Positions 1 to 9,094 are shown, counted from the first letter of the stretch. The stretch is DNA of 24,000 bases from an uncultured Pseudohongiella sp. (GCA_965222175.1 OZ244938.1:2924409-2948408); one strand, 5' to 3'. Notes: generated by a model not told the origin, from the letters alone. Program-made: numbers and translations.

Positions 1-2039
1 AATACATAAAGTAGCGCAAGAAAAGCCAGTACCCACACGCCGATTTCCTTGCGACGCTCTCTCATGGGTTCGCCAATGTAATAAAGGAAATTGGTAATAT
101 CTGCGGCTACCTGGTCGAATTCCTGTTCGGTCATCGTGCCGGTTCCCTCAACGCGCTGCAGTTCACAGGATTCCTCACCGTGGTCATCCATATGCATTTG
201 GCACTCGACATCTCCCTGAAGCTCGTGCAATACATTGGGCATGCCGACATTGGCGAAAATCGTGTTATTGGTACCCAACGGCCTTGAATCATCGTTATAA
301 AATGATTTCAGGTATGTGTATATCCAGTCGGGAGACCGTATCCTGCCGATAAGGGTCAGGTCCGGTGGTGCCGCACCAAACCAGGCCTTGGCGTCGTCTT
401 CGGACATGGAATTTACAATCAGATCACCGAAAGCAGCGTCATCAAAAATAATATTTTCGAGCACCAGTTCCTCTGGCACATCAAGGTCGCTGGCCGTCCT
501 TGCGTAGCGGGCGTATTGGAGTGAATGGCAGGATACGCAGTAATTTGCGTAATATTTCCAGCCACGCTGCAATGAATCCTTGTCGTCAAAATCCACCTCT
601 GCATGCTCCAGGGGGAGATTGCCCGCTTCTGCAGCCACTGCCCGTAACGGAATGAAAACCAGTGCCACAAGCAACAGCAGGGTGATGGCAAGCTGAGGCC
701 AGGTAATCCATCGACCCATGGTGATTCTTTCCGGCACCGGGAACGTGCGCTCTTTCCTGGTATACCAGGGCATCAGGAAGAAGTAGGCGAAGTACACTAC
801 CGTCATCACTTGAGCCAGGAATGTTTTCGCCGGACTGACAGCCTGGGTTCCCAGGACACCAAGGATGAGGAAACTGACAATAAACAGCAGCAGTGCCACC
901 CTGCTGTACCAGCCCTTGTAACGCATGGAGTTTACCGGACTCTTGTCCAGCCAGGGCAGGACAAAAAGTATCGCAATGGCACTGAACATGACAATCAGGC
1001 CCCAGAACTTGGCGTCTATTCCGAACAGCGGATAGGTCACCGCCCGCAACATCGAGTAAAACGGCGTGTAGTACCAGACTGGTGGCACATGCTCTGGCGT
1101 TACCAGGGGATCGGCTTCCTGAAAATTGGCGATTTCAAGAAAGTAACCACCCATCTCCGGGGTAAAAAATACCACGAAGCAGAAGACGAACAGGAAAACT
1201 ACGATAGCCGGCAGATCATGGTACATCGTGTAATAGGGGTGGAAAGGCACGCCATCCACCGGCTTTCCATCCGGCCCCTTGTTCTTCTTGATGTCGACAC
1301 CATCCGGGTTATTGGAACCCACTTCATGAAGCGCAAGAATATGCAAAACTACCAGTGCCAACAGCACAATCGGCAGGGCGACGACATGCAGTGCGAAAAA
1401 CCGGTTCAACGTCGCACCGGATATCAGGTAGTCACCGCGCACCCACACCAGCAGTTCGTCACCGATTATCGGTATGGCACCAACCAGGGATACGATTACG
1501 TTAGCCCCCCAGTAGGACATCTGCCCCCAGGGCAACACATACCCCATGAACCCCTCCATCACCAGGACGAGGTAGATGGCCATGCCGAATACCCAGATGA
1601 GTTCCCTGGGCTTCTTGTAGGACCCGTACATGAGGCCCCGGAACATGTGCAGGTAAACCACCAGGAAAAATGCCGAGGCACCTGTTGAATGCAGGTACCT
1701 GAGAATATAGCCGGAGTTGACATCACGCATGATGTACTCCACGGAAGCGAATGCCTCTTCCGCGGAAGGCGTGTAGTTCATGGTAAGCCAGATACCCGTG
1801 AGCAGTTGCAGAACCAGCACTACCATGGACAGGACACCAAAAAAGTACCAGAAATTGAAATTTTTCGGTGCGTAATATTTGCTGAGGTGTTTCTCCCAGG
1901 CATTGACGATGGGAAGCCGGGCATCGACCCAGTCCCTGAATCCTGTGAGTCCGGTCACCAGCCTGCTGGGGTTTGTGGAATTCCCCGTCCCGGTCTGCTT
2001 CTCATCCATTGTGTTCTGCGCCTCGCTTATGTCACTCAT
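1..2039 (-). CDS. Cytochrome b / cytochrome c1 fusion protein of the bc1 complex (fbcH-like). The 3' end runs off the window.
   Basis: The minus-strand ATG at 2039 overlaps the petA stop (ATGA). Hand translation gives MSDISEAQNTMDEKQTGTGNSTNPSRLVTGLTGFRDWVDARLPIVNAWEKHLSKYYAPKN, then SLVGAIPIIGDELLVWV, then LMPWYTRKERTFPVPERIT (cytochrome b). The same frame continues without a stop into MGRWITWPQLAITLLLLVALVFIPLRAVAAEAG...YYANYCVSCHSL (c1 signal-like segment and CXXCH heme motif) and on to ERRKEIGVWVLAFLALLYV (C-terminal anchor) at the window edge. The ORF track omits this ORF, consistent with it having no stop inside the window. Confidence 0.85.
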   Translation of the reverse strand, partial: MSDISEAQNTMDEKQTGTGNSTNPSRLVTGLTGFRDWVDARLPIVNAWEKHLSKYYAPKNFNFWYFFGVLSMVVLVLQLLTGIWLTMNYTPSAEEAFASVEYIMRDVNSGYILRYLHSTGASAFFLVVYLHMFRGLMYGSYKKPRELIWVFGMAIYLVLVMEGFMGYVLPWGQMSYWGANVIVSLVGAIPIIGDELLVWVRGDYLISGATLNRFFALHVVALPIVLLALVVLHILALHEVGSNNPDGVDIKKNKGPDGKPVDGVPFHPYYTMYHDLPAIVVFLFVFCFVVFFTPEMGGYFLEIANFQEADPLVTPEHVPPVWYYTPFYSMLRAVTYPLFGIDAKFWGLIVMFSAIAILFVLPWLDKSPVNSMRYKGWYSRVALLLFIVSFLILGVLGTQAVSPAKTFLAQVMTVVYFAYFFLMPWYTRKERTFPVPERITMGRWITWPQLAITLLLLVALVFIPLRAVAAEAGNLPLEHAEVDFDDKDSLQRGWKYYANYCVSCHSLQYARYARTASDLDVPEELVLENIIFDDAAFGDLIVNSMSEDDAKAWFGAAPPDLTLIGRIRSPDWIYTYLKSFYNDDSRPLGTNNTIFANVGMPNVLHELQGDVECQMHMDDHGEESCELQRVEGTGTMTEQEFDQVAADITNFLYYIGEPMRERRKEIGVWVLAFLALLYV

Positions 2040-2638
2040 GCCACATCCTCCCCGTCTTCACCAATAACGAGGACATCGTCACTCTCATAGTAATATGGCG
2101 GTACTTCCATATTCCGGGATGCCGGAGAGCCACTGTAGACCCGGCCGGCCAGATCGAAGCGTGAGCCGTGACATGGACAGAAAAAACCACCATTCCAGTT
2201 GGGATCGAAGGGTTCAGGTTGCAGTTCTATGTGGGGAGTGGGAGAACAGAACAGATGGGGACAGAGTCCGACCAGAACCAGCAGTTCGGGCTGACGGGAT
2301 CGATATTCGTTTTGTGCGTATGCAGGCTGTTCCGGTTGTTCCGAATCCGGATCGGTAAGACGATCATCCATGGTGGTCAGTGCTTGCAGTGCTTCGTCAC
2401 TGCGCCGGACTACAAATATCGGTCGTCCGCGCCAGGCGGGAATCGGGCCCAGAATCTCGCCCACCTCGAGCCGACTTACGTCGATACGCACCGGGGCGCC
2501 GGCAGCTCGCGCTCTCGCGCTGGGATTCCAGGAAGCTACAAAGGGAACCGCGGCTCCCACGACCCCGGCCGCCCCTACTGCCGATGTTGAACCCACCAAA
2601 AAACGCCTGCGGCCAGCATTAGCACTGTCGTCAGTCAC
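2036..2638 (-). CDS. petA: Ubiquinol-cytochrome c reductase Rieske iron-sulfur subunit
   Basis: 200-aa ORF with a GTG start preceded by AGGAG. It has a twin-arginine signal (RRRFLVGSTSAVGAAG) and Rieske boxes CPHLFC and CPCHGS. Its stop overlaps the cytochrome b start. Confidence 0.93.
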   Translation of the reverse strand: MTDDSANAGRRRFLVGSTSAVGAAGVVGAAVPFVASWNPSARARAAGAPVRIDVSRLEVGEILGPIPAWRGRPIFVVRRSDEALQALTTMDDRLTDPDSEQPEQPAYAQNEYRSRQPELLVLVGLCPHLFCSPTPHIELQPEPFDPNWNGGFFCPCHGSRFDLAGRVYSGSPASRNMEVPPYYYESDDVLVIGEDGEDVA

Positions 2639-2799
2639 CTTTACATTCTCCTATCAGAGCTAGCTAAATCAATTTCAAGCATTGAGCCGGTGTGCAGCAA
2701 TCAGCTTCCGCCTACAGGGAAGGCCACAATCTGGATCAAAATACTCAAGTGTGGAATCGGGTAATGATTGCCCGCAGTCGGGGCAGCGAAACCGGCCGC

Positions 2800-2828
2800 A
2801 TGTTAGTTAATTTTGCCTTTTTTTTCAA
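2800..2828 (-). promoter_or_regulatory. Candidate sigma-70 promoter for the pet operon: TTGAAA, 17-nt spacer, TAACAT on the minus strand
   Basis: Hexamers were read directly on the minus strand (plus-strand tttcaa at 2823-2828, atgtta at 2800-2805). They lie about 160 nt upstream of the petA start. Motif match only. Confidence 0.25.
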
Positions 2829-2892
2829 GTACGGCGTGTGCCTGAAAGTAGTGAATCAACACAGAATTGGCGCGCTAACCAACTGATAAAAC

Positions 2893-2930
2893 GCACAAAA
2901 AACGCCGAACCCTGAATCGGGCCGGCGTTG
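2893..2930 (-). terminator. Rho-independent terminator downstream of rpsI
   Basis: A GC-rich hairpin spans 2901-2929 (AACGCCG..CCC loop GGG..CGGCGTT). On the minus strand it is followed by a U6 run (plus-strand A run 2897-2902) and then GUGCGUUUU. It starts 26 nt after the rpsI stop. Confidence 0.6.
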
Positions 2931-2955
2931 AAAAAAACAGTAGATTCCGGGCAGC

Positions 2956-3348
2956 TTAGCGCTTGGAAAACTGTGGCTTCTTTCTCGCCTTGCGCAAGCC
3001 GACCTTTTTCCGCTCCACGGCCCTGGCGTCACGAGTGACGAAGCCGGCTTTACGCAGGGTCGGACGCAGTTCTTCGTCGTATTCCATCAATGCACGGGTA
3101 ATACCATGGCGGATGGCGCCGGCCTGACCAAAACTGCCACCGCCCCTGACCGTGACGGTAACATCGAACTTGTCAGTCATTTCCACCAGTTCCAGTGGTT
3201 GCCTGACTATCATTCGTGCCACTTCCCGACCGAAAAACCCGTCAAGGGGGCGCTTATTCACTGTTATCGTGCCGGAACCACTGGTGAGAAAGACTCGCGC
3301 TGTCGAGGTCTTGCGTCTACCGGTACCGTAATATTGGGTTGCAGCCAT
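2956..3348 (-). CDS. rpsI: 30S ribosomal protein S9
   Basis: 130 aa. It starts [21 protein letters not shown] and ends KKPQFSKR, both typical of S9. It lies directly downstream of rplM as in most bacteria. Confidence 0.97.
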   Translation of the reverse strand: MAATQYYGTGRRKTSTARVFLTSGSGTITVNKRPLDGFFGREVARMIVRQPLELVEMTDKFDVTVTVRGGGSFGQAGAIRHGITRALMEYDEELRPTLRKAGFVTRDARAVERKKVGLRKARKKPQFSKR

Positions 3349-3366
3349 AGCTCGCTGGATACCTCG

Positions 3367-3795
3367 TTATAATTCAATCGGTTGGGGTTGCTGAGCGCCA
3401 TGTGGATGGTCTGGCCCGGCATACACTTTCAGCTTCTTGAACATGGCCCGGCCCAGTGGTGTACGCGGCAGCATGCCCTTGACAGCCAGCCTGACAATTT
3501 TCTCCGGCGAGGTGCTCTGCAGCTCAGCAAAAGAACGGGTCTTGAGACCACCCGGGAAACCAGAGTGGGCATGATACTTCTTATCCGTGGCCTTGTTTCC
3601 GGTCACCCTGATCTTGTCAGCGTTGACCACCACGACGAAATCGCCGGTATCAACGTGGGGGGTGAATTCGGGTTTGTGTTTACCCCGCAGTCGAGCAGAA
3701 ATGGCCGCAGCCATGCGGCCCAGGGTCAGGCCGTCTGCATCGATTAGCAGCCAGTTTTGCTCTACTTGTCCGGGTTTAGCGCTGTAAGTCTTCAT
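3367..3795 (-). CDS. rplM: 50S ribosomal protein L13
   Basis: 142 aa. [62 protein letters not shown] is a typical L13 sequence. Confidence 0.97.
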   Translation of the reverse strand: MKTYSAKPGQVEQNWLLIDADGLTLGRMAAAISARLRGKHKPEFTPHVDTGDFVVVVNADKIRVTGNKATDKKYHAHSGFPGGLKTRSFAELQSTSPEKIVRLAVKGMLPRTPLGRAMFKKLKVYAGPDHPHGAQQPQPIEL

Positions 3796-3799
3796 TATT

Positions 3800-3825
3800 T
3801 GCTGATGCCTGTTGCTGATGCCTGT
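3800..3825. repeat. Perfect tandem duplication of a 13-bp unit (tgctgatgcctgt x2) abutting the rplM start codon
   Basis: Read directly: 3800-3812 and 3813-3825 are identical. On the mRNA strand this is ACAGGCAUCAGCA x2, ending 4 nt before the rplM AUG. Confidence 0.9.
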
Positions 3826-4034
3826 GTTCAGGGGCCCTGAGCCCGCTGTAACAAGGAGCGCGAATACTACCGGAGCGTTGCTAAAACTTCAAGGGTCTGT
3901 CGATTGAAAAAACGTCCCGGTTAGCCATCAGTCCCAATCCACCCGCATCCATCAACGATACCTCCTGATTCGGCCCGAACACGCGCTTTCCGGGGCAGAC
4001 CGGCCGGCTCCGCAGCACAAGCCTTTTTCTGGCG

Positions 4035-5141
4035 TCAGGGTCGATGGGGACGAGCCAGATACTCATGTGACTGCATTTCCGTCAATCTGCTCAAGGTGCG
4101 CTGAAACTCGGCACTCAGGACAGTCCCGTCGTAGAGTTCCGCCATCGGAACCGCCGCGGTCATGACCAGTTTTACCCCTCTGTCGTACAGTTCGTCAACC
4201 AGATTGATGAAGCGCCGAACCTGATCGTCCCTGTCCGCACCCAGCCGGGGTATATTGCCCAACAACACCGCATGGTAAAGGCGGGCGATTTCTATGTAAT
4301 CGTATACACTGCGGGGACCTTCGCAGAGCTGGTCGAAATCGAACCAGACCACGTCATCGGACACGTAGCGACTGCGGATCCGGCGACCGAGGATCTCGAT
4401 GTCCGTGTCCCGTTCCGCTTCTTCGAAATCCGGGGAGAGACTGGCAAAGCTTTCGCGTAACCTGGCATCGGAGTCGCTATCCAGGGGCGCATGGAAGAGC
4501 CTGGTCCGATTGAGATTGCGTAGCCGGTAATCGGTTACCCCCTCCAGGCAATGGACTCGCAGGCTGTTTTGCAACAACTTGATCGCCGGTAAGAACCTGG
4601 CCCTTTGCAGTCCGTTTTCATAGAGTCTTGCCGGCTCAATATTGGATGTCGCTACCAGTACCACGCCCCTGTCCAGGAGGGTTTCCAGCAATGCAGACAG
4701 GATCATGGCATCGCCGATATCGGCCACGAAAAATTCGTCAAAACAGATGACTCTCACCTGGTCGGCAATATCGGCAGCCACTCTGGCCAGGGGATCCTTC
4801 TGACCTCGCTGGCCTCGAAGCTCCCGGTGGATGCCCTGCATGAAGCGGTGAAAATGAGTTCTCAGCTTTTCACTAAACGGCAGCGAGTCATGAAAGACAT
4901 CCATCAGGTAAGTTTTCCCCCGTCCCACACCTCCCCACAGGTAGACGCCTTGCGGTACGGTTGCCCGGGATCTGGGAAACTGCAGGCCCAGTCGCCCAAG
5001 GAACCCCTTACCACGGAATTTTTGCAACGGAATCAATTCCTGATACAGTCTGTCCAGCAGATCAACCGCCTTCTGCTGGGCAGGGTCTGCGACTATCAGA
5101 CCTTGATCAAGGTCTCGCTGGTAGCGTCGTTTCGGCGTCAT
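4035..5141 (-). CDS. zapE: Cell division protein ZapE (AFG1-family ATPase, YhcM)
   Basis: Walker A motif GGVGRGKTYLMD and Walker B motif ICFDEFFV. The N-terminus MTPKRRYQRDLDQGLIVADPAQQKAV matches the usual ZapE start, so I use the ATG at 5141 rather than the track start at 5249. The position upstream of rplM-rpsI matches E. coli. Confidence 0.85.
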   Translation of the reverse strand: MTPKRRYQRDLDQGLIVADPAQQKAVDLLDRLYQELIPLQKFRGKGFLGRLGLQFPRSRATVPQGVYLWGGVGRGKTYLMDVFHDSLPFSEKLRTHFHRFMQGIHRELRGQRGQKDPLARVAADIADQVRVICFDEFFVADIGDAMILSALLETLLDRGVVLVATSNIEPARLYENGLQRARFLPAIKLLQNSLRVHCLEGVTDYRLRNLNRTRLFHAPLDSDSDARLRESFASLSPDFEEAERDTDIEILGRRIRSRYVSDDVVWFDFDQLCEGPRSVYDYIEIARLYHAVLLGNIPRLGADRDDQVRRFINLVDELYDRGVKLVMTAAVPMAELYDGTVLSAEFQRTLSRLTEMQSHEYLARPHRP

Positions 5142-5337
5142 CGATTGTCGGACAATCCGGTACCTGTAAATCTCACAAAAGCGGGAATTGTAAAGTAAAA
5201 GTTTTTGCGGCGAAATGTCGCAGTAGCGGTTATACTTGGCGGCCTTCAATCGGCAGCGATAACCTTAAAAAGCAATAAGAAATTGCCCCGCTAAAGACTA
5301 ATTGACTAATTAAAGAGAAACTCAAGGCTACACTGAT

Positions 5338-6084
5338 ATGGTTTGGTTAATTGGAATTGGCTGTCTGGCGCTCGGCCTTGTTCTGGGTGCAACCGTCGCC
5401 AACCGCCTGGGAGGATCACCGGCCCGGATCAAGGAACTTGAAAATCAGGTTAAAGGACTGGAGGAACGCCACGACCGATACAAGGGTGACGTCAGCGAAC
5501 ATTTCAACGTCACCGCTGACCTGGTACAGCAAATGACCCAAAGTTACCGGGATGTGTATCAGCACCTCGCTTCCGGTGCCCAGGACCTTTGTTCATCAGA
5601 GGTAGCGGATAAACTGTTACCGGTCGGTTCCGACGCGGTTTTCGATACGGCAACTCCGAAGGAAGAAGCCCTGGGCTTCAATCCGCCCAAGGACTACGCT
5701 GCCAAGCAGAATCCAGGCCAGAAGGGTGCCCTGGCAGAAGATTTTGGGCTCCAGAAAACCAGAGCAGAAGAAACCAGGCCCTACGAGCCACCTGCCGAGC
5801 CAGGTACAGACAAGGCAGACCGGAAAATCAATGAATACAGGCCGAATAGCGACAACACGCCAACACCTGATAGCCAGAAGCCTCCGGCGGTAACGACCGG
5901 GCGCGGAGCATCTGGCTCAACCGACCAGGCTCCCCGACGCAGGCAGAGGGTTGCCGAAGCTGATGGCAATAATCCAATGAGGCAATCCGCCCGGGCTGAC
6001 AATGATTCACCGGCCACAGTGACTGACGATACCGACGTGGAAATTTCTGACAGGAACACAGCGGACAGGAAACATGAAAAGTAA
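5338..6084 (+). CDS. YhcB/ZapG-family (DUF1043) inner-membrane protein with a long low-complexity C-terminal tail
   Basis: An N-terminal TM helix (VWLIGIGCLALGLVLGATVA) is followed by a coiled-coil segment (RIKELENQVKGLEERHDRYKGDVSEHFNVTADLVQQMTQSYRDVYQHLA) typical of YhcB. The gene is divergent from zapE as in E. coli. Residues from about 100 to 248 are P/D/T/A/R-rich and look disordered. Confidence 0.7.
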   Translation: MVWLIGIGCLALGLVLGATVANRLGGSPARIKELENQVKGLEERHDRYKGDVSEHFNVTADLVQQMTQSYRDVYQHLASGAQDLCSSEVADKLLPVGSDAVFDTATPKEEALGFNPPKDYAAKQNPGQKGALAEDFGLQKTRAEETRPYEPPAEPGTDKADRKINEYRPNSDNTPTPDSQKPPAVTTGRGASGSTDQAPRRRQRVAEADGNNPMRQSARADNDSPATVTDDTDVEISDRNTADRKHEK

Positions 6085-6188
6085 CAGACGCCAGGTAAGT
6101 CGAAACCTGGATACTCAACTTACAGGGGCAGTGAATCACCGCCGGCGATCGCCCCGGGCCATTCCTCCCCTGCTCTCCCGCTAGCACT

Positions 6189-7097
6189 ATGGCCGAATAC
6201 AATCTGACCCATCTCAAGCAGCTGGAAGCTGAGAGCATTCACATCATCCGTGAAGTGGCTGCAGAGTTTGAAAATCCGGTGATGCTTTATTCCATCGGAA
6301 AAGACTCTTCAGTCATGTTACACCTGGCGCTTAAAGCTTTTTATCCGGGGCGACCGCCTTTTCCGTTCATGCATGTTGATACGACCTGGAAGTTTCGCGA
6401 AATGATTGAATTTCGTGATCGGCAAATGGAAAAGCTGGGGCTCAACCTGATTGTTCACATCAATCAGGAGGGCGTCGAGGCAGGTATCGGTCCTTTCACT
6501 CATGGCAGTGAGAAACACACGGATATCATGAAAACGCAATCCCTTAAGCAGGCCCTGGACAAATACAGGTTCGATGCGGCTTTTGGAGGCGGTCGACGGG
6601 ATGAGGAAAAATCCCGGGCCAAAGAACGGATTTTTTCCTTTCGTGACGTGAACCACCAGTGGGATCCCAAGAACCAGCGACCTGAACTCTGGAATATCTA
6701 CAATTGCAAGATCAACAAGGGCGAGAGTATCAGGGTTTTCCCCCTGTCCAACTGGACCGAGCTGGATATCTGGCAATACATACACCTGAATAATATCGAC
6801 ATAGTGCCCCTGTACTTCGCCAAGCCACGGCCCGTGGTCAACATCGATGGCGTCGATATTCTGGTCGACGATGATCGAATGCCTGCCAATACCAGACAGC
6901 AGGCCAGTGTAAAAACCGTGCGATTTCGAACATTGGGCTGTTACCCGTTGACCGGGGCTGTCGAGTCAACGGCGACGACCTTGCCGGAAATAATCCAGGA
7001 AATGTTGCTGACTACCAGTTCCGAACGCCAGGGTCGATTGATCGATACGGATTCAGCAGGGTCCATGGAAGAGAAGAAACGCAAGGGTTATTTCTGA
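6189..7097 (+). CDS. cysD: Sulfate adenylyltransferase subunit 2
   Basis: 302 aa. [39 protein letters not shown] carries the PAPS-reductase-like SxGxDS motif, and the C-terminus is KKRKGYF. Confidence 0.95.
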   Translation: MAEYNLTHLKQLEAESIHIIREVAAEFENPVMLYSIGKDSSVMLHLALKAFYPGRPPFPFMHVDTTWKFREMIEFRDRQMEKLGLNLIVHINQEGVEAGIGPFTHGSEKHTDIMKTQSLKQALDKYRFDAAFGGGRRDEEKSRAKERIFSFRDVNHQWDPKNQRPELWNIYNCKINKGESIRVFPLSNWTELDIWQYIHLNNIDIVPLYFAKPRPVVNIDGVDILVDDDRMPANTRQQASVKTVRFRTLGCYPLTGAVESTATTLPEIIQEMLLTTSSERQGRLIDTDSAGSMEEKKRKGYF

Positions 7098-7150
7098 CAG
7101 CCGGAGAAATCCTGGCATTTAACGGAACCAAAACGACGACCAAATTACCC

Positions 7151-9058
7151 ATGTCTCACCAATCCGAACTTATCGCCACAGATATCAACGCTTACCTGGC
7201 TCAGCACGAGCGTAAGGAGCTATTGCGATTGCTTACCTGTGGCAGTGTTGATGACGGCAAGAGTACGCTCATCGGACGCCTGCTTCATGACTCCAAGATG
7301 ATTTACGAGGACCAGCTCGCCGCTATCAAGGCTGACAGCGTCAAGTCAGGCACGGTGGAAGGTGAGCTCGACCTGGCCCTGCTCGTTGACGGATTGCAGG
7401 CTGAACGGGAACAGGGCATCACGATAGACGTGGCGTATCGGTTTTTTTCCACGGCGAAAAGGAAATTCATCATCGCCGACACGCCAGGCCATGAACAATA
7501 CACCCGTAACATGGCAACCGGGGCTTCCAACTGCGACCTTGCGATTATTCTTATTGATGCCCGTCATGGCGTACAGACTCAAACCAGGCGGCACAGCTTT
7601 ATCACGTCACTGCTGGGTATAAAACACGTCATCGTTGCCATCAACAAGATGGACTTGATGGACTTTCGCCGGGATGTATTCGAACAGATCCGCGATGACT
7701 ACCTGGATTTTTCACGAAAGCTGGAAATACCCGATATTCGCTTTCTGCCGATTTCCGCCCTGTTGGGCGACAACGTGGTAAACCACAGTTCGTCAATGCC
7801 GTGGTTCGACGGGCCACCGCTGATGGCGACACTGGAAACAGTGGAAATTAGCGCGGACCGCAATTACAGGGACTTTCGCTATCCGGTACAGTATGTCAAC
7901 CGTCCGAATCTCAATTTCCGGGGTTATTGCGGCACGGTGGAGTCCGGCGTGGTACACAAAGGTGATGAGGTGACTGCCCTCCCTTCGGGAAGGTCCAGTC
8001 GGGTCAAATCCATTGTCACTTTCGACGAGGAGCTTGAACTGGCCCATGCTGGCATGGCCATTACCCTGACTCTGGAAGATGAAATCGACGTCAGTCGGGG
8101 TGACATGATCGTGCACACCGACAACCAGCCTGCCCAGCACAGGAAATTCGAAGCAACGATTGTCTGGATGGCAGATGCGCCTTTGTTGCCCGGCAAGCTG
8201 TATGATTTCAAACTGAACACGATACAGGTCACCGGTCGGATCAGCTCCATTCGCTATCGGGTGGATGTCAATACTCTCGATCAGCATCCGGCACCTGGGC
8301 TGGAACTTAATGAAATCGGTTTCTGCGAGATTTCCCTGGACCAGAAGGTCTGCTTTGACAGCTATCGCAATAATCACGGCACCGGGAGCTTTATTGTCAT
8401 TGACCGACTGTCCAATGTGACAGTCGGTGCCGGAATGATCAGCTGCGAGGAGTCCCGACCGGGGGCTCGCCAGGAAAAACACAGCAGTGTCCGGCACGTA
8501 ACCCGCGAAGAACTGGCGGCCAGGTATGGTCAACGCCCGGTGACCATCATGTTTATCGGCGTATCCGGTTCGGGGAAATCCACGCTGGCACACGGCCTGG
8601 AACGCAAACTGTTCGACATGGGCCGGGTCAGTACGGTACTCGACGGCAAGACCATGCGGCTGGGCATTAGCAAGGATCTCCCTCACGACGCCGAGGGTCG
8701 GGCGGAAAATCTGCGACGCAGCGCCAATGTCGCCAAGTTTCTCAATGATTCCGGGCTGATCTGCTGCGCGTCGTTTGTCGCACCAAATCGCGATTCCCGC
8801 GAGCACGCCCTGAGCGTGATAGGCAAGGAAAACTGCCTGATAATTTACCTCAATCCGCCGATGGAAGTCTGCATCCAGCGTGACCCCAGCGGGCTGTACG
8901 CGGCCGCGGACAGCAGCGAATCAAGCGATGTACCCGGCTTGTCGTTTCCCTACGACCAACCGGAACACACGAATCTGGAACTGGATACAGCTGCACTTTC
9001 AGTCGAAGAGTGCCTGCAACGAGTTCTCAATCTAATGCGGGAACACGACGTTATCTGA
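7151..9058 (+). CDS. cysNC: Bifunctional-type CysNC: sulfate adenylyltransferase subunit 1 (GTPase) fused to an APS-kinase-like domain
   Basis: 635 aa. GTPase motifs [17 protein letters not shown] and NKMD are present. The C-terminal roughly 170 aa has the P-loop GVSGSGKST and overall CysC-like sequence, but several kinase motifs are altered (see findings). Confidence 0.92.
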   Translation: MSHQSELIATDINAYLAQHERKELLRLLTCGSVDDGKSTLIGRLLHDSKMIYEDQLAAIKADSVKSGTVEGELDLALLVDGLQAEREQGITIDVAYRFFSTAKRKFIIADTPGHEQYTRNMATGASNCDLAIILIDARHGVQTQTRRHSFITSLLGIKHVIVAINKMDLMDFRRDVFEQIRDDYLDFSRKLEIPDIRFLPISALLGDNVVNHSSSMPWFDGPPLMATLETVEISADRNYRDFRYPVQYVNRPNLNFRGYCGTVESGVVHKGDEVTALPSGRSSRVKSIVTFDEELELAHAGMAITLTLEDEIDVSRGDMIVHTDNQPAQHRKFEATIVWMADAPLLPGKLYDFKLNTIQVTGRISSIRYRVDVNTLDQHPAPGLELNEIGFCEISLDQKVCFDSYRNNHGTGSFIVIDRLSNVTVGAGMISCEESRPGARQEKHSSVRHVTREELAARYGQRPVTIMFIGVSGSGKSTLAHGLERKLFDMGRVSTVLDGKTMRLGISKDLPHDAEGRAENLRRSANVAKFLNDSGLICCASFVAPNRDSREHALSVIGKENCLIIYLNPPMEVCIQRDPSGLYAAADSSESSDVPGLSFPYDQPEHTNLELDTAALSVEECLQRVLNLMREHDVI

Positions 9059-9094
9059 CACCCTGTACCGGCTCCTGCACCGGCGTTAGTCGCT

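Noticed and set aside
810-2090. Long plus-strand ORFs (810-1688, 292 aa; 1689-2090, 133 aa) plus smaller ones nearby
   Set aside because: They lie antisense to the clearly recognisable cytochrome b coding frame. Their translations are H/Q/R/P-rich nonsense with no motifs. These are typical shadow ORFs.
3881-4066. 61-aa minus-strand ORF between zapE and rplM
   Set aside because: It overlaps the zapE 3' end and has no RBS or motif. The interval is more plausibly the rplM promoter and leader.
5142-5249. N-terminal extensions offered by the track for zapE (to 5249), the NIF3 gene (to 9934), degS (from 9844), hisG (to 13342), mlaC (to 15483) and yrbG (from 15587)
   Set aside because: In each case an internal start gives the N-terminus typical of the family: a signal peptide, a TM helix or a conserved first motif. 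The extension either overlaps the neighbouring gene or adds non-homologous sequence.
6091-6110. Hairpin ccagg-N10-cctgg after the yhcB-like gene, considered as a terminator
   Set aside because: It is a 5-bp stem with a 10-nt loop and no U-run, which is too weak.
7793-8806. 337-aa minus-strand ORF inside cysNC
   Set aside because: It is antisense to a CDS with unambiguous GTPase and APS-kinase motifs. It has no recognisable domain and no RBS. This is a shadow ORF.
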